From assembly GCA_965206645.1 (NCBI GenBank), contig CBDBKE010000004.1, forward strand, positions 1,632,001 through 1,696,000: a stretch of DNA of 64,000 nucleotides, in the 5' to 3' direction. The notes beneath the pieces are model-generated. The model saw only the letters and a program-made list of their open reading frames with translations. It was not told the origin of the DNA and did not search any database. Numbering within the stretch: position 1 is the first letter of the stretch; every line of letters begins with the position of its first letter. Position numbers and translations under genes: made by a program. Below, in pieces: positions 47,340 to 59,315 of the stretch. Origin of the DNA: Terriglobia bacterium (GTDB lineage: Bacteria > Acidobacteriota > Terriglobia > JAJPHL01 > JAPKYU01).

Positions 47340-48283
47340 TCCTCGATTTGCACTTCCCGACTAAGAGATTTAATAAAGGCAATGATCTGCACCAGCCCCT
47401 CCTCGCCGATCTGGCCCTGGAAGGTGGGCATTCTCACGGTGTATCCAGCCACCATTTTCGCGCTGGGCCGCAGGATCGACTCCCGGAGGTAGTCCTCGTC
47501 CGCGATCACAGTCTCTCCGCTGGCTAGGGGCACTGGTTTATTGAACAGCCCTTCCAGCACGGGCCCGCGTCCGCTTGCGTCCGGGCGGTGGCAGGTAATG
47601 CACCCGAGCCGCTGGAACAACCTCTGCCCAATCTCTGCCAGCGACTCTCCTGTCGCGGTTCCTCCCAGCCATTTCTCGAACTCCAGCGGCGGCATGACAA
47701 TAACGCGACCGGCCATTGCCGAGTGTTTCGTTCCACAATATTCTGCGCAAAACAAGTGGTATTCTCCGGTTTTTGTGGGCTCAAACCAGAGGGTTGTGTA
47801 CCGTCCTGGCAACACATCGTATTTCACCCGAAACGCAGGCACGTAAAAACTGTGGATGACATCCTCGGAGGTCATGATCAAACGGATGGGACGGCCGATC
47901 GGCACGTGCAAAGTGTTGATTTCCCGCTGGCCTTCCGGATGCTGAAGTTTCCACATCCATTGCTTGGCAACTACATAGATCTCTAATGCTCCCGCGGGAG
48001 GACTGGCATTTTTGAAATACAGGCTGGTTGCCCAAACAAACATGACCATCGTAATCATGAACGGAGTGATGGACCAGAATAGCTCTAGTCCGATGGAGCC
48101 GATCATCGGACGAGGCTGCTCAGTCTCGGATCGTCTCCGGTAGCGGATGGCGAAGTAAAAGATCAGGAAAGAAATCAGAACTGTGAAAACAAAACTGACG
48201 CCGATCAAAAAATAAAACAGCATGTCCACTTCGCCCGCTATGGTGGACGCCTGTTCAGGAAATAAAGGAAAACCTTCCCACAT
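47336..48283 (-). CDS. coxB: Cytochrome c oxidase subunit II with fused cytochrome c
   Basis: [18 protein letters not shown] (CuA), CITCH. Confidence 0.96.
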   Translation of the reverse strand: MWEGFPLFPEQASTIAGEVDMLFYFLIGVSFVFTVLISFLIFYFAIRYRRRSETEQPRPMIGSIGLELFWSITPFMITMVMFVWATSLYFKNASPPAGALEIYVVAKQWMWKLQHPEGQREINTLHVPIGRPIRLIMTSEDVIHSFYVPAFRVKYDVLPGRYTTLWFEPTKTGEYHLFCAEYCGTKHSAMAGRVIVMPPLEFEKWLGGTATGESLAEIGQRLFQRLGCITCHRPDASGRGPVLEGLFNKPVPLASGETVIADEDYLRESILRPSAKMVAGYTVRMPTFQGQIGEEGLVQIIAFIKSLSREVQIEE

Positions 48284-48327
48284 AAACCAAAGCAGTAAGA
48301 GACCGGCATCGCCGGTCTTCTCGTCTC

Positions 48328-49224
48328 TTACGCCGGACCTGTTTCCTCCGGCTTCCAGTGTTTGCGCCGATCCCGGCGAAACATGACAAACAGAAAGCTC
48401 CCCAGGGCCAGAAGCGTGCCCATCCCCGCGACGCGGAGGACATTCATGACGACCAGACTGTACTTCCCTGTCCTGGGGTCGTAGTGGAAACAAAACAGCA
48501 GCAACTGGTCAACGACCGAGCCGATCTTATGGGCTGAGGCTTCCACCAGTGCCAGGCGCAAGTCCCTGGGCGAATATTCGATTCCGTAGAAGTAGCGGGC
48601 AAGCCTGCCGGTAGGCGTCAAGACCATAATTCCGGTGGCATGGGCGAACTCCCCGCTTTTCGCGTCGTAGGCGTAGCGGAATCCCACGGCCCGGGTCAGT
48701 TGTTGAATCGAGGCTTCCTCACCAGTAAGAAAGTGCCACCCCTGCGATGCCTGGGCGCGAGCGTAGCGCTTAACGTAAGTCTCCTTCTTGGCTGCTGCCA
48801 GCGCAGGCGTCTCCCGTGGATCAAAGCTTACGGTCACCACATCGAATTGATCTCCCACATCGAGGGGAACAACCCGGAGGCTCCGGACCAACCCGTTCAG
48901 CACTAACGTGCAGAGCATAGGGCAATCGTAATAGACAAGAGACAGGATCACCGGCTTCTGGCCAAAATATTGGCGAAGTTGTACGGGCTTGCCGGTCTCG
49001 TCTCGAAAGGTCAGGTTCAAAGGTAATTGCTCGTTCAGCTTTTGATCAATGCCAACGTCACGCAAGGGCGCGGGCCGGACGTTCTGCGCCTGAGCCAGAT
49101 CCGCAGCAAGCGTTAATAGCAGGCAAAGACACAGCAACGCGATGAAATGAGATCTAAGAGGTCGAGACTCTCCACCGCGATTCAGAATTCGTTGCCCTTT
49201 CTGATGAGCCGCGCTAACTGTCAT
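48328..49224 (-). CDS. SCO family protein
   Basis: YYDCPMLC, WHFLTG, FAHATG. Confidence 0.93.
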   Translation of the reverse strand: MTVSAAHQKGQRILNRGGESRPLRSHFIALLCLCLLLTLAADLAQAQNVRPAPLRDVGIDQKLNEQLPLNLTFRDETGKPVQLRQYFGQKPVILSLVYYDCPMLCTLVLNGLVRSLRVVPLDVGDQFDVVTVSFDPRETPALAAAKKETYVKRYARAQASQGWHFLTGEEASIQQLTRAVGFRYAYDAKSGEFAHATGIMVLTPTGRLARYFYGIEYSPRDLRLALVEASAHKIGSVVDQLLLFCFHYDPRTGKYSLVVMNVLRVAGMGTLLALGSFLFVMFRRDRRKHWKPEETGPA

Positions 49225-49646
49225 GGCTTTCGATCAGAGCTCCTCCGGGTTTCTTGTCTCCGATCCTTGGCAGGGAGGCCCCTTTGGGCAAGCACGTCGA
49301 TGGCCCGCTCGATCGGGATTCTGACCACGCCGGCCTCTGGGTCGACCCAACCATAGCTATTTAACAAAGCCTCCTCATCAATGCGCGCTGTTTGCAGATC
49401 CCGTGCGGGGACGACCTGCAGGCGAGGCTGCGGCGGCAAACGCTCCGCTTCCGCCCACAGAGAAGCCGTCGGAGAAGGCTCCGGCTGGAGGCCAGCCAGG
49501 ATGGTATATGTCCAGCTCATCGCCAACAGGGCCACCCCGATGGAAATCACCAGCAGGACCGCGAACAGCGCAATGCGTCCGACGTCCGGCTCGCTCGGCT
49601 GGTAACGCCGGCCCAGGCTTTCCTCGGACTGCTTCGTCTCACTCAT
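49221..49646 (-). CDS. ACIII-operon single-TM protein
   Basis: PPQPRLQ, LNSYGWVD, VRIPIERAID, lying between actF and SCO. Confidence 0.8.
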   Translation of the reverse strand: MSETKQSEESLGRRYQPSEPDVGRIALFAVLLVISIGVALLAMSWTYTILAGLQPEPSPTASLWAEAERLPPQPRLQVVPARDLQTARIDEEALLNSYGWVDPEAGVVRIPIERAIDVLAQRGLPAKDRRQETRRSSDRKP

Positions 49647-49665
49647 CACGCGCCTACAGCGGGCT

Positions 49666-50847
49666 TCAAGTGCCTTCAGCAACCCCCATCTCTTCATTCC
49701 CACGAGGGTCATACGCCGGCAGCAGGGCTCTCTTGCCCAGTTGCCAAACAAACACTGCTATCCAAATTCCTCCGATACCGACCGGTGCCCCCAGATCCAT
49801 CCAATGGAGGCTGAACCCAGTAGGATGGAATGCCGGCGCGACCAGCCAGAACAAATCCACCAGACGCATCACGGTCATAGCCACCGCCACCGTGGCCAGG
49901 ATTCGCACCCTGCGCTTCGCGACGCGAGATAGTAGCACCAGAAAGGGCAAACAAAAATGGAAAAGGAACAACAGTAGCGCCACCCACTGCCAGCCGCCCG
50001 AACCGCGGTGCAGATACCAGGGAATTTCCTCCGGCAGGTTGCCCGACCAGATAATCAAGTATTGGGAAAACGCGATGTAGGCCCACAGCATGACGAAAGC
50101 CAGCAGGAGGTTACCCAGGTCGTGAAAATGCCCGGCCTCGACGACGTCCGACAAAGGCTTGCGCTTGGCGAGCAGCGCGGTCACGGCGATGGCAAAGGCT
50201 AGCGCCCCCAGTACCTGCCCGATCATGAACATGACGCCGTAAACCGTTGAGAACCAATGCGGCTCCAACGACATGACCCAGTCCACAAAGGCGAACGATA
50301 CGGTGAGCCCGTAAAGCAGCAATCCGGGCCCACTGAGAATCTGAAGCCGCCGCACAAAGGAGCCCTCGGCAGTTCGATCATGCTCGGCTGACCACTTATT
50401 CAAGAAGTAGGCAATCGCGATCCAAATCGCGAAGTAAATGGCTGCTCGCGCAACGAATAAGGGAGGATTCAGGTAAGGGCTCTTGTGTTGCAAGAGTTCA
50501 TCGGCAGCCACTGCCTCGGGACGCGCCCAGACGTACACATTCTGCATGCCGAACAGCAGTGGCACAAACAGCAAGCCCATCAGCGGGAGCGTCCGTGTCG
50601 CGGACTCGAGCGCGCGACAGATCACAAAACCCCACGCGCCTCCGACCAGATGGTGCAGCATCAAGATGGCCAAGCTTCCCAGAGCGATTCCGATCCAGAA
50701 CAGGTAGCCCAGCAGATAGGAGCGGAAAAATTGCTCCGGGTTGGGAAAAGCTCCAACGACACAGATCCCCAAGGCGGCGCCTCCCACCAGAAGCGCTTGC
50801 TTTCGAATGCGATCCATTTCGGGTTGGAGCGTTTCGAGCTCGTTCAT
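49666..50847 (-). CDS. actF: Alternative complex III subunit ActF
   Basis: Polytopic, DWVMSLEPHWFST, HDLGNL, FSQYLIIWSGNLPEE. Confidence 0.92.
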   Translation of the reverse strand: MNELETLQPEMDRIRKQALLVGGAALGICVVGAFPNPEQFFRSYLLGYLFWIGIALGSLAILMLHHLVGGAWGFVICRALESATRTLPLMGLLFVPLLFGMQNVYVWARPEAVAADELLQHKSPYLNPPLFVARAAIYFAIWIAIAYFLNKWSAEHDRTAEGSFVRRLQILSGPGLLLYGLTVSFAFVDWVMSLEPHWFSTVYGVMFMIGQVLGALAFAIAVTALLAKRKPLSDVVEAGHFHDLGNLLLAFVMLWAYIAFSQYLIIWSGNLPEEIPWYLHRGSGGWQWVALLLFLFHFCLPFLVLLSRVAKRRVRILATVAVAMTVMRLVDLFWLVAPAFHPTGFSLHWMDLGAPVGIGGIWIAVFVWQLGKRALLPAYDPRGNEEMGVAEGT

Positions 50848-51479
50848 TCTGCAGTCCCAATGAGTTCCGAACGTTGCTCTGCCGGAACGTCAGCAAGCGT
50901 TGCGTGTTGGCTCAATTGGAGCGCGCGCACGTAGGCGACAATCGCCCAGCGGTCTTCGGGGAAAATCCGGCTGGCGTAACTGGCCATGCCGCCAAAGCCA
51001 TTTGTGATGGCGTCGAAAAAATGTCCCGCCGGAGCTTCGCGCAGCCGAGGGATGTGAAACGACGGCGGCGAGCGAAACCCTCGTCGCACGACTATGCCCC
51101 GGCCGGTGCCCAGGCGGCCGTGGCAGGGCGAGCAAAAAATGTCGAAACGTTCTCGGCCTCGCGTTAGGATCCCCCGATTGACTGGAAAGGGAAAGGTATC
51201 GGCCAAGGCTCCGCCAGATTTCCCCTCGTAGAAATGCTCATCTCTTCGCAAATGACCACGGGCCACCGTGCCGGCTATCATCGGCCGCGCGGATTGGCCA
51301 TCTTCGAAGAACGTGCTGGCCTCCAGCGCCTCGAACCTGGGCTGGTCGTGCATATCCTGGCGGCACCCTCCCAGCAAAAGGGAACAAAGGACGAGCAGGC
51401 CAATCCGGACGCCCCCTCCCGGAATATGGTTCGCGCACGGATAGTGGATCGTGTTATGGCGCAACTTCAGATACCTCAC
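50844..51479 (-). CDS. actE: ActE monoheme cytochrome c lipoprotein
   Basis: LGGCRQDMHDQP and CSPCH. The start is uncertain. Confidence 0.92.
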   Translation of the reverse strand: MRYLKLRHNTIHYPCANHIPGGGVRIGLLVLCSLLLGGCRQDMHDQPRFEALEASTFFEDGQSARPMIAGTVARGHLRRDEHFYEGKSGGALADTFPFPVNRGILTRGRERFDIFCSPCHGRLGTGRGIVVRRGFRSPPSFHIPRLREAPAGHFFDAITNGFGGMASYASRIFPEDRWAIVAYVRALQLSQHATLADVPAEQRSELIGTAE

Positions 51480-51990
51480 GCGGGCCTAAACTCTCCAGGA
51501 ACCGCTTGGTGGCAACCAGGTCAAATTTAGGATCGGTGCCTTCGATGCACAGAAAGAAGCGGTTCCGCGTGGCCAGCGCAAATCGAGAAACGTTGAAGAC
51601 CGGGTGATAGGGCCTGGGAAGGCCGTTGAGCGCCAGCATTCCGAGCACCGCTGACACGGCTGCAACCAGAATGGTCATCTCAAATGTGATCGGGATGAAA
51701 GCGGGCCAACTGTTCAAGGGACGGCCTCCCACGTTGAGGGGAAAGTCGACCACCGACGTGTAGTATTGCAACAGGAATCCCCCAATGCCTCCGGCAATCC
51801 CCCCGAGCAGAACGATGAGCGGCAGCCGCGTATGATGGAAGCCGAGCTCTTCGGCCAATCCCTCAACCGGCATGGGCGTGTAGGCATCCATCCGCCGGTA
51901 TCCCTCCTGGTAAGCACGGCGTACGGCAGCCACCACGGCCTCGGAAGTCTCAAATTCAGCCATCAATCCGTAAAGGGCCGCTTTCTTCAT
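51454..51990 (-). CDS. actD: ActD (DUF3341)
   Basis: GLMAEF, DAYTPMPV, GGRP..SWPAFIPITFE. Confidence 0.92.
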   Translation of the reverse strand: MKKAALYGLMAEFETSEAVVAAVRRAYQEGYRRMDAYTPMPVEGLAEELGFHHTRLPLIVLLGGIAGGIGGFLLQYYTSVVDFPLNVGGRPLNSWPAFIPITFEMTILVAAVSAVLGMLALNGLPRPYHPVFNVSRFALATRNRFFLCIEGTDPKFDLVATKRFLESLGPREVSEVAP

Positions 51991-52027
51991 ACTGCGCACT
52001 CTCCGACGTGTTGCCGCCTAAGAATCT

Positions 52028-53416
52028 TCATGATGCGCGCCGGTCCTCCGGACGCGGCACGATAGTCCGCATCTCGAAAATCGAAATCATGGGCAGGAAG
52101 CGGACGAACAAAAACAACAAAGCGAAAAACAGTCCGAGCGAGCCCAGGAAGGTGGCCCAGTCCCACCGGGTGCCGGCGTACATGCCCCACGAGGAAGGCA
52201 AGAAGTCGCGATGCAGGCTGGTGACAACGATGATGAAGCGCTCCAACCACATACCCATGCCTACCACAATGGCGATCAGAAACAGCGCGACAACGTTCGT
52301 GCGGATTCGCCGAGACCAGAGAAACTGCGGGGTCACGACGTTGCACAACAGCAGCGCCCAGTAAGAACCGGCGTATGGACCGTTCAGCCGATTCAAAATC
52401 ATGTACCGTTCGTACGTGTTTCCGCTATACCAGGCCATAAAAGCTTCCATCAGGTAGCCGTAAGCGACAATCAATCCCGTCGCCAACATGACCTTCGCCA
52501 TGTTCTCCAGGTGCCGCATGGTGATGAAATCTTGCAGTCCGTAGATGGCGCGGACAGGGATGGCCAGGGTCAGCACCATGGCGAAGCCCGCGTAGATGGC
52601 GCCCGCCACAAAATAGGGAGGGAAGATGGTGGCGTGCCAGCCAGGAACGATGGCGATGGCAAAGTCGAAGCTGACGATGGTATGCACCGAGATCACCAGC
52701 GGAGTAGCAAGCCCGGCCAGCAGCAGGTAGGCGGTTTCATAGCGGTGCCAGTGCACCGCCGAGCCCCGCCAGCCCATCGCCAGCACGCCGTAAACGACCT
52801 GAGCCAGCCGCGAGCTGGCCCGGTCGCGCAGCGTCGCTAGGTCCGGAATCAAGCCCACAAACCAAAACAGTGCCGATACGGTGGCATACGTGCTAACCGC
52901 AAAGACATCCCAGACCAGCGGGCTGCGGAACTGCGGCCACACCCCCATCGTGTTGGGGTAAGGCATGAGCCAGTAAAACAGCCACGGACGCCCCATGTGA
53001 AGGAGCGGAAAAATTCCCGCACAGGCGACCGCGAACAACGTCATGGCTTCGGCGAAACGGTTGATCGAGGTTCGCCACTGCTGGCGCAACAGCAACAAGA
53101 TGGCCGAGATGAGAGTGCCCGCATGCCCGATCCCAATCCACCAGACGAAGTTGATGATGGCGAATCCCCACCCGACCGGAACATTGATCCCCCAGATGCC
53201 GGTGCCCACGGCCAGCAGATAAGCCACCGAGTACAGCAAGAGCATGACCAGAGCGAAGGCCACCCCGAAGCCGATCCACCAGCCGCGCGGAGTGCGCCCG
53301 GTGAGCACAATGGCGCTGATCTTGTCGGTGACCGACGCATAGGTGTGTCTCGGCGCGATGATCTCTGGGACCCGCTCGCTTTCCGTCGTCTGTGCCGGTC
53401 GTTCGGACTCCATCAC
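52028..53416 (-). CDS. actC: ActC (NrfD/PsrC family)
   Basis: [38 protein letters not shown]. Confidence 0.95.
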   Translation of the reverse strand: MMESERPAQTTESERVPEIIAPRHTYASVTDKISAIVLTGRTPRGWWIGFGVAFALVMLLLYSVAYLLAVGTGIWGINVPVGWGFAIINFVWWIGIGHAGTLISAILLLLRQQWRTSINRFAEAMTLFAVACAGIFPLLHMGRPWLFYWLMPYPNTMGVWPQFRSPLVWDVFAVSTYATVSALFWFVGLIPDLATLRDRASSRLAQVVYGVLAMGWRGSAVHWHRYETAYLLLAGLATPLVISVHTIVSFDFAIAIVPGWHATIFPPYFVAGAIYAGFAMVLTLAIPVRAIYGLQDFITMRHLENMAKVMLATGLIVAYGYLMEAFMAWYSGNTYERYMILNRLNGPYAGSYWALLLCNVVTPQFLWSRRIRTNVVALFLIAIVVGMGMWLERFIIVVTSLHRDFLPSSWGMYAGTRWDWATFLGSLGLFFALLFLFVRFLPMISIFEMRTIVPRPEDRRAS

Positions 53417-56400
53417 TCTTCCCTGAGCTCGGGATTAGGGTTTCTCAGTCGGGCCAGATAGGTTGTGCGCGGCCGGGTGTTTAAATCTTCGAGCAGACCG
53501 TAATTTCGGGGGTCTGCCTTAAGCTGGGATACCTGGCTCTTAGGGTCATTGATATTGCCAAAAGTAATGGCCTGGGCGGGACATGCTGCCTGGCAGGCGG
53601 TCACGATTTCTCCGTCCCTGATTTCGCGGTCCTCTTTTTTTGCCTCGATGCGGGCTACATTAATTCGCTGCACACAATAGGTGCACTTCTCCATGACTCC
53701 CCGGGTTCGTACCGTCACGTCCGGATTTCGCAGCAATTTCAGGACGGGGGTCTCGTAATCCGAATATGCAAAGAAATTGAAGCGCCGGACCTTGTAGGGG
53801 CAATTATTGGAGCAATAGCGGGTGCCGACGCAACGGTTGTAGACCATTTCGTTGAGCCCTTCCGAGCTGTGGACGGTGGCGGCCACCGGGCAGACCACCT
53901 CGCAGGGCGCGTTTTCGCAGTGCATGCACATCACCGGCTGGTGGTACACCTCTGGATGGTCCAGAGAGCCTCTGTAGTAGCGGTCAATTCGCAACCAGTG
54001 CATCTCGCGGCCGCGCGCGACTTCCACTTTGCCTACCACAGGGATATTGTTCTCGGCCTGGCAGGCGGCGACGCACGCATTGCACCCGATACAGCGATTC
54101 AGATCAACGGCCATGCCCCAGGCGTAGCCCTCATATTTGTGCTCGGGGTACAAAGAAAGATGCGGAGACGTCTCGTGCTCCACCTCATGCGCGAAGTTTG
54201 GGTTGTGCTGAAATTCCTCCAGCGTGCCAACCCGGACCAGATGTCGGTCCTCCATGTTGTGATGGAGCTGTGTGGAGGCAAGCGGATACTGGCCGCCCGT
54301 CTTGCGAACCGCCAGACCGGAATCGAACCACGGACGGTCCGAACTGCGGAGTGCGTAGGCATTGAATCCGACCCCCGTTCCGACCTGCCCGGCGTGGGTA
54401 CGCCCGTAGCCCAGGTGCACCGTCACCGAGTCGTCGGCATGTCCCGGCTGGATCCACACCGGAGCCGGTACCATACGATCCCGATAGCGGAGTTCGACCA
54501 GATCCTGGTCGGCTAGGCCAAGCCGCTCGGCCGTGGCCGGGCTGAGCAGGGCTGCATTATCCCAGGTCAACTTGGTCAGCGGCTTCGGCAATTCCTGCAA
54601 CCACCCGTTGTTGGCGAAGCGGCCGTCCCAGATGGTTGGGTCGGGACGAAATACGATTTCCAGGCCCGGAGTTCCCGATCCCGCGACCGCAGGGACTTCT
54701 CCGGCACCCTGTCCGAGGAAATCTCGTTTCAATGAGACCTGCTTGGGGGGAAGCGCTGTGCCAGCAAGCAATCCGTCGTGCAGCGCCGTCTCCCAAGAGT
54801 TCTCGAAATTGCCAGAAAGGTTCTGCTTTTCCCAGTACTCTCGCACGATGTCATGGCTCGGCCGTTCGGGCCTTCCCAAAAGGGCTGAGAGCAACCGGTG
54901 AGCTGATTTTCCGTCATACAGCGGCGCTATCAGAGGCTGGAGAATTGTGGTGGTCCCATCGAAGGCCCGGGCGTCGCTCCAAGACTCCAGGTAATGAGCC
55001 TGGGGGACGTGCCAGTGACACAGTACGGCCGTTTCATCCTGATAGAGGCTCAGGTGAACCCGAAGCCTGACCTTCAAGAAATGCTCGGAAAAGCTCAGAT
55101 CGACAGGCGCCGTGAACACCGGGTTACTGTCGACGACGACCAGCAGGTCCACCCGGCCCGCTTTCATATCCTCCACCAGGTCCCGCAGCGACGCGAGTTG
55201 ATTCCCGGGATCAGCCTCCACAGGGTCGGTATAGATGACGGTCTTGCCAACATTGCCCAGAACGTGGTTCAAGGCGTGCGCCAGCGCGTGCACGCTGGGA
55301 GGCTGGTGCTCGCCCGCCAGAACAATGCTAGAGCCCCGGTGCTTCTGAAGATCGGCAACCAGTGACTTCACCCACTGGGCGTGGCCCGGATGGTCTGCCT
55401 CCGCGCCGGACACCTCGCTCGCCACTCCCAGTTTGTTTGCCACAGCGCGGGCAAAGCGTTCGATCTCGCTGGCGCGCATGGGCAACCGATGGTCGGCCAT
55501 CCCTCCAGTATTGGAGAGCGTGCTCTCGACGACGTACAGGCGGTTCATTTCCGTTGCCCCCGCCTGAACCTGCCGCCGAGCGGTGAACTGCCGCGCATAT
55601 CTCAGGTGGCCTGGACCCCCGCCCAGGAAATCCGCATCGAGAGACAGGATGACGTCCGCTTCCTCAAAGTCGTACAGGGTGTTGACGTATTCGCCAAACG
55701 CCAGTTGTGCCCCAGACCGGACTGCATCGCGCCCGACCGGCTCGTACTGGATCCATTTCGCCAAGGGAAATTCGCCGAGCAATGTGCGCAGCTGGTGGGC
55801 CAGGGTTGGAGAGGTGACGGTCCCGGTTAAAATGCGCAAGCGTGCGCCTTTTTCCAGACGCTGGGCTTCCATCTCGGTGCGCAAGACAGAACCGAAAGCG
55901 ACCCAACTGCTGATCTGCCCCAGGCGCGTCACCACCTGAGAGCGGTCTGGATCGTAGAGCGTGAGCACCGAAGCCTGGGCGAAGACGTCCGTGGCACCCA
56001 GGCTGGCCGGGTGTTGGGGATTTCCCTCGATCTTTGTGGGACGCCCCATGTGGCTTTCCACCAACAACCCGGTGGCGAATCCGTCCAGCGGCATGGCCGT
56101 AGCAAAGAATAACGGTTTGCCAGGCACGATCTGCTCTGGTGCCCGGACGTAGGGAACGATCTTTTCGGTGGGCTGCTGCGTGCAACCGGAGAGGCCAGCC
56201 AGCGCCAGGGAAGCGCCCATCAATTTCAAAAGCTCCCGCCGGTTGACGGTACCTCTCCACGCCGCGTATTGCTGCGGAAACTCATTGTGCAAGAAATCCC
56301 GGAACTCTTCCGTTTCCGCCAGCTCATCCAGGCTCCGCCAATACTCGCGGCCCTGGCTGTTCGCCAAACGTGCGCGGAGCGAGGACAGGTTGAGAGAACC

Positions 56401-56424
56401 TTTTCTGGAAAGGTCTTCCGTCAT
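53413..56424 (-). CDS. actB: ActB (molybdopterin oxidoreductase-like plus Fe-S domain)
   Basis: YWRSLDEL, Tat [44 protein letters not shown]. Confidence 0.95.
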   Translation of the reverse strand: MTEDLSRKGSLNLSSLRARLANSQGREYWRSLDELAETEEFRDFLHNEFPQQYAAWRGTVNRRELLKLMGASLALAGLSGCTQQPTEKIVPYVRAPEQIVPGKPLFFATAMPLDGFATGLLVESHMGRPTKIEGNPQHPASLGATDVFAQASVLTLYDPDRSQVVTRLGQISSWVAFGSVLRTEMEAQRLEKGARLRILTGTVTSPTLAHQLRTLLGEFPLAKWIQYEPVGRDAVRSGAQLAFGEYVNTLYDFEEADVILSLDADFLGGGPGHLRYARQFTARRQVQAGATEMNRLYVVESTLSNTGGMADHRLPMRASEIERFARAVANKLGVASEVSGAEADHPGHAQWVKSLVADLQKHRGSSIVLAGEHQPPSVHALAHALNHVLGNVGKTVIYTDPVEADPGNQLASLRDLVEDMKAGRVDLLVVVDSNPVFTAPVDLSFSEHFLKVRLRVHLSLYQDETAVLCHWHVPQAHYLESWSDARAFDGTTTILQPLIAPLYDGKSAHRLLSALLGRPERPSHDIVREYWEKQNLSGNFENSWETALHDGLLAGTALPPKQVSLKRDFLGQGAGEVPAVAGSGTPGLEIVFRPDPTIWDGRFANNGWLQELPKPLTKLTWDNAALLSPATAERLGLADQDLVELRYRDRMVPAPVWIQPGHADDSVTVHLGYGRTHAGQVGTGVGFNAYALRSSDRPWFDSGLAVRKTGGQYPLASTQLHHNMEDRHLVRVGTLEEFQHNPNFAHEVEHETSPHLSLYPEHKYEGYAWGMAVDLNRCIGCNACVAACQAENNIPVVGKVEVARGREMHWLRIDRYYRGSLDHPEVYHQPVMCMHCENAPCEVVCPVAATVHSSEGLNEMVYNRCVGTRYCSNNCPYKVRRFNFFAYSDYETPVLKLLRNPDVTVRTRGVMEKCTYCVQRINVARIEAKKEDREIRDGEIVTACQAACPAQAITFGNINDPKSQVSQLKADPRNYGLLEDLNTRPRTTYLARLRNPNPELREE

Positions 56425-56432
56425 CGGTGGCG

Positions 56433-57083
56433 TTATCGGTGGCAGACCGAACAATCTGTCAAGCTTTGGATCCTGTATTCCTCGACGAGCCTCCGTCCCA
56501 AACCTAGCTGGTCCGCAGGCGGCTCCCAATCCATGCGAAAGACGTACTGGCGCGGCCGGACGAAGTGTTCCGGTGCCCGATGGCATTCCAGGCACCACTC
56601 CATGTGCAGCGTCTTTTCTCGCCACATCAAGGGCATCTGATCCACTCGCCCGTGGCAGGTGGCGCAGCCGACGCCTTTCTTGACGTGAATGCTGTGGTCG
56701 AAATAGACGAAATCTGGCAAGTCGTGGACTCGGCTCCACTCCAGCGGCTTGCCGGTCCGAAAACTGGCCCGCACCGGTTCCAGCATGGGGCTATCGGCCC
56801 AAATCTGGGAGTGACAGGTCATGCAGATTTCGGTGGCGGGGATGCCGGCGAACGCCGACGTCTCTACCGAGGTGTGGCAATAGCGGCAGTCGATTCCCAT
56901 GCCGCCCACATGGTGTTTATGGCTGAACGGCACCGGCTGTTCGCGGGCAACTCCGGCCTGCGTCACATACGAGGACCGTTCGACGATAGTGGACACCCAG
57001 ATGAGCCCGCCGATAATAAATACGGCGCCAAAGATGCTTGCCTTGGAGAGCGTGTTCGTGCTTGGGTGGAATATCTGAGCCAT
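56433..57083 (-). CDS. actA: ActA pentaheme cytochrome c
   Basis: Five CxxCH motifs: CRYCH, CMTCH, CATCH, CLECH, CSVCH. Confidence 0.95.
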   Translation of the reverse strand: MAQIFHPSTNTLSKASIFGAVFIIGGLIWVSTIVERSSYVTQAGVAREQPVPFSHKHHVGGMGIDCRYCHTSVETSAFAGIPATEICMTCHSQIWADSPMLEPVRASFRTGKPLEWSRVHDLPDFVYFDHSIHVKKGVGCATCHGRVDQMPLMWREKTLHMEWCLECHRAPEHFVRPRQYVFRMDWEPPADQLGLGRRLVEEYRIQSLTDCSVCHR

Positions 57084-57347
57084 GGCAGCGCCTTAGGCGC
57101 GACTTCTCAGTCCACAGAAGCCCAGACAGAATTCCAGCAAGATACTCTAGTCCCAGATTTCGAGGCCCACAAACCCCCCAAGGGGGCCTGCACAGCCGAT
57201 GCAGTATATTCCTGCCGGACAGGCAAGTCAAAGCCCACTCTCGGGTTGCCCGAAGGGATTTTTGGAAAGCCGGAAGTTGGAGCTTCCGACCGCAGGGCCG
57301 AGGCGCTTGAGTGTTCGTAAGGGCGATGCGCTTCATTCTTCCAGAAC

Positions 57348-58274
57348 TTGGCCCCGGAGAAGGCAGGCTGCCAAAGCTGTAGCTGGCAGGGCTATACTGG
57401 AGCCGTGTCGCGGCCGCGCTATCGCCTTCGCTTGCCCCGCCGGGAGCTAGTTCTGGGCGAGCGCACTCTGGTGATGGGCATTCTCAATGTGACTCCGGAT
57501 TCGTTCTCCGATGGCGGGCTTTACCTGCAGCCAGAGGAGGCGGTCGCGCGTGCGAGAGAGATTGAGCGACAGGGCGCCGATCTGCTTGACGTGGGCGCGG
57601 AATCGACCCGGCCGGGTTCGGCGCGTATTTCCGAGGCCGACGAACTGGACCGCCTGCTTCCGGTCTTAAGAGGTTTGCACGGTCGGGTTTCCCTCCCCAT
57701 TTCCGTGGATACCTACAAACCAGTGGTGGCCGAACACGCCCTGGCGGCTGGCGCGGAACTGATCAATTTCCCAGCTTTGTGTCCAGTCGCCGAGATGGCC
57801 CGGGTCGCCGGCAGGGCGGGCGTCCCGCTGGTGGCAATGCACCTTCGCGGCACGCCGGACACCATGCACCTGCTGCCCTCCCTGGAGGACGTTGTGGGGG
57901 AGGTGTTGGACGGACTCCGCCAGCTGCGCGATCAGGCCTGGGCCGCCGGGCTGCCGCGCGAAGCTCTCATCCTGGACCCCGGGTTCGGGTTCGGCAAGAA
58001 TGGCGATGAGAATTACACGTTGCTGGCCCGCTTCGGCGAATTGCACCAGCTGAGGTGCCCTTTGCTGGCCGGCACTTCCCGGAAATCCTTCATTGGCGGT
58101 ACGCTCGGACTTCCCGCCCACCAGCGGGTCTGGGGCACAGCCGCCACGGTCGCAGCAGCCATTGTCGCCGGAGCACACATCGTGCGTGTGCATGACGCCA
58201 CCGAGATTGTCCAAGTGGTCCGCGTCACCGACCGGATTCGTGGTACTGCCTCGGGATCGCCATTGCCTGGCTGA
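57348..58274 (+). CDS. folP: Dihydropteroate synthase
   Basis: MGILNVTPDSFSDGG, ESTRPG, DPGFGFGK, SRKSF. The start may be ~57405. Confidence 0.96.
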   Translation: MAPEKAGCQSCSWQGYTGAVSRPRYRLRLPRRELVLGERTLVMGILNVTPDSFSDGGLYLQPEEAVARAREIERQGADLLDVGAESTRPGSARISEADELDRLLPVLRGLHGRVSLPISVDTYKPVVAEHALAAGAELINFPALCPVAEMARVAGRAGVPLVAMHLRGTPDTMHLLPSLEDVVGEVLDGLRQLRDQAWAAGLPREALILDPGFGFGKNGDENYTLLARFGELHQLRCPLLAGTSRKSFIGGTLGLPAHQRVWGTAATVAAAIVAGAHIVRVHDATEIVQVVRVTDRIRGTASGSPLPG

Positions 58275-58331
58275 AGCCGGCCGCTACACCGCCTTCCGCT
58301 CCGATGCTAGAATGCCCGCAGGAGAAGCGCC

Positions 58332-59315
58332 TTGATCGTGAATCTGGGGATGGCGTTTGTGACCATCAGCGTTTCGGTCCCGCCGAGCGATGGTTTGACA
58401 GGAGGGCCGCAGGGCTTTTGGAGGGAGATTTCCCTGACCTCTATTTTAGACATCCTGATTGTCGCCTTCCTGATCTACCACCTGCTGCTGCTGGTACGGG
58501 GGACGCGTGCCAGCCAGATGTTGCTGGGGATCGCGCTGATTGTCCTGCTCTACTACGCGGCGCGCTGGTGGGAATTACAGACGCTTCATGGGCTGCTCAC
58601 CACGCTGCTCCCGCTCCCCTATTTTGTGTTGGCGCTGATCGTGATCTTCCAGGCGGAGATTCGGCGCGGGCTGGCGCGGCTGGGACGCAACCCTTTCCTG
58701 CCCCGCCTGTCGGGCTTGTCTCGTGATTTCTCGTATGACGACATCTTGCTGGCAGTCAGCCTGTTTTCCTCGCAGAAAACGGGGGCGCTCATCGTGTTGG
58801 AACGCGATGTGGGCCTGCGCACCTATGTGGACAGCGGTATTGGCCTCGATGCCCAGCTTTCCTACGACTTGCTGGTGACGATTTTCCGTCCTGAAACGCC
58901 GCTGCACGACGGCGGGATCATTATTCAGAAAGACAAGGTGGCCGCCGCCGCCTGCTTCCTTCCTCTAAGCGTGAACCCGTTGCTGAGCACGCAGGTGGGC
59001 AGCCGGCACCGGGCGGCCATTGGCATCACTGAAGAAAGCGATGCCGTGGCGGTGGTGGTTTCCGAACAGACTGGAGAGGTCTCGCTGGCTGCGGGCGGGA
59101 CCATCGAGCAGAACGTCAGCTTGGAACGACTGCGCGTGCGCCTGGGCGAGCTGATGGGAACACCCATTTCTCCCTCGGTGTTACCCACGACCAGCCTGAC
59201 GGAGCAGGAGCCGCCGTCTCCCAGCGGCGAAGGAGCATCGAAAATTGCCGGCGACCACTCGGAAGCACCTCCCGAGCGGAATTCGCAGACGCGCAGCCCA
59301 GCAGCGAAACCATGA
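58332..59315 (+). CDS. cdaA: Diadenylate cyclase CdaA
   Basis: Three TM segments, FQAEIRRGL, PLHDGG, SRHRAAIG. Confidence 0.92.
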   Translation: MIVNLGMAFVTISVSVPPSDGLTGGPQGFWREISLTSILDILIVAFLIYHLLLLVRGTRASQMLLGIALIVLLYYAARWWELQTLHGLLTTLLPLPYFVLALIVIFQAEIRRGLARLGRNPFLPRLSGLSRDFSYDDILLAVSLFSSQKTGALIVLERDVGLRTYVDSGIGLDAQLSYDLLVTIFRPETPLHDGGIIIQKDKVAAAACFLPLSVNPLLSTQVGSRHRAAIGITEESDAVAVVVSEQTGEVSLAAGGTIEQNVSLERLRVRLGELMGTPISPSVLPTTSLTEQEPPSPSGEGASKIAGDHSEAPPERNSQTRSPAAKP

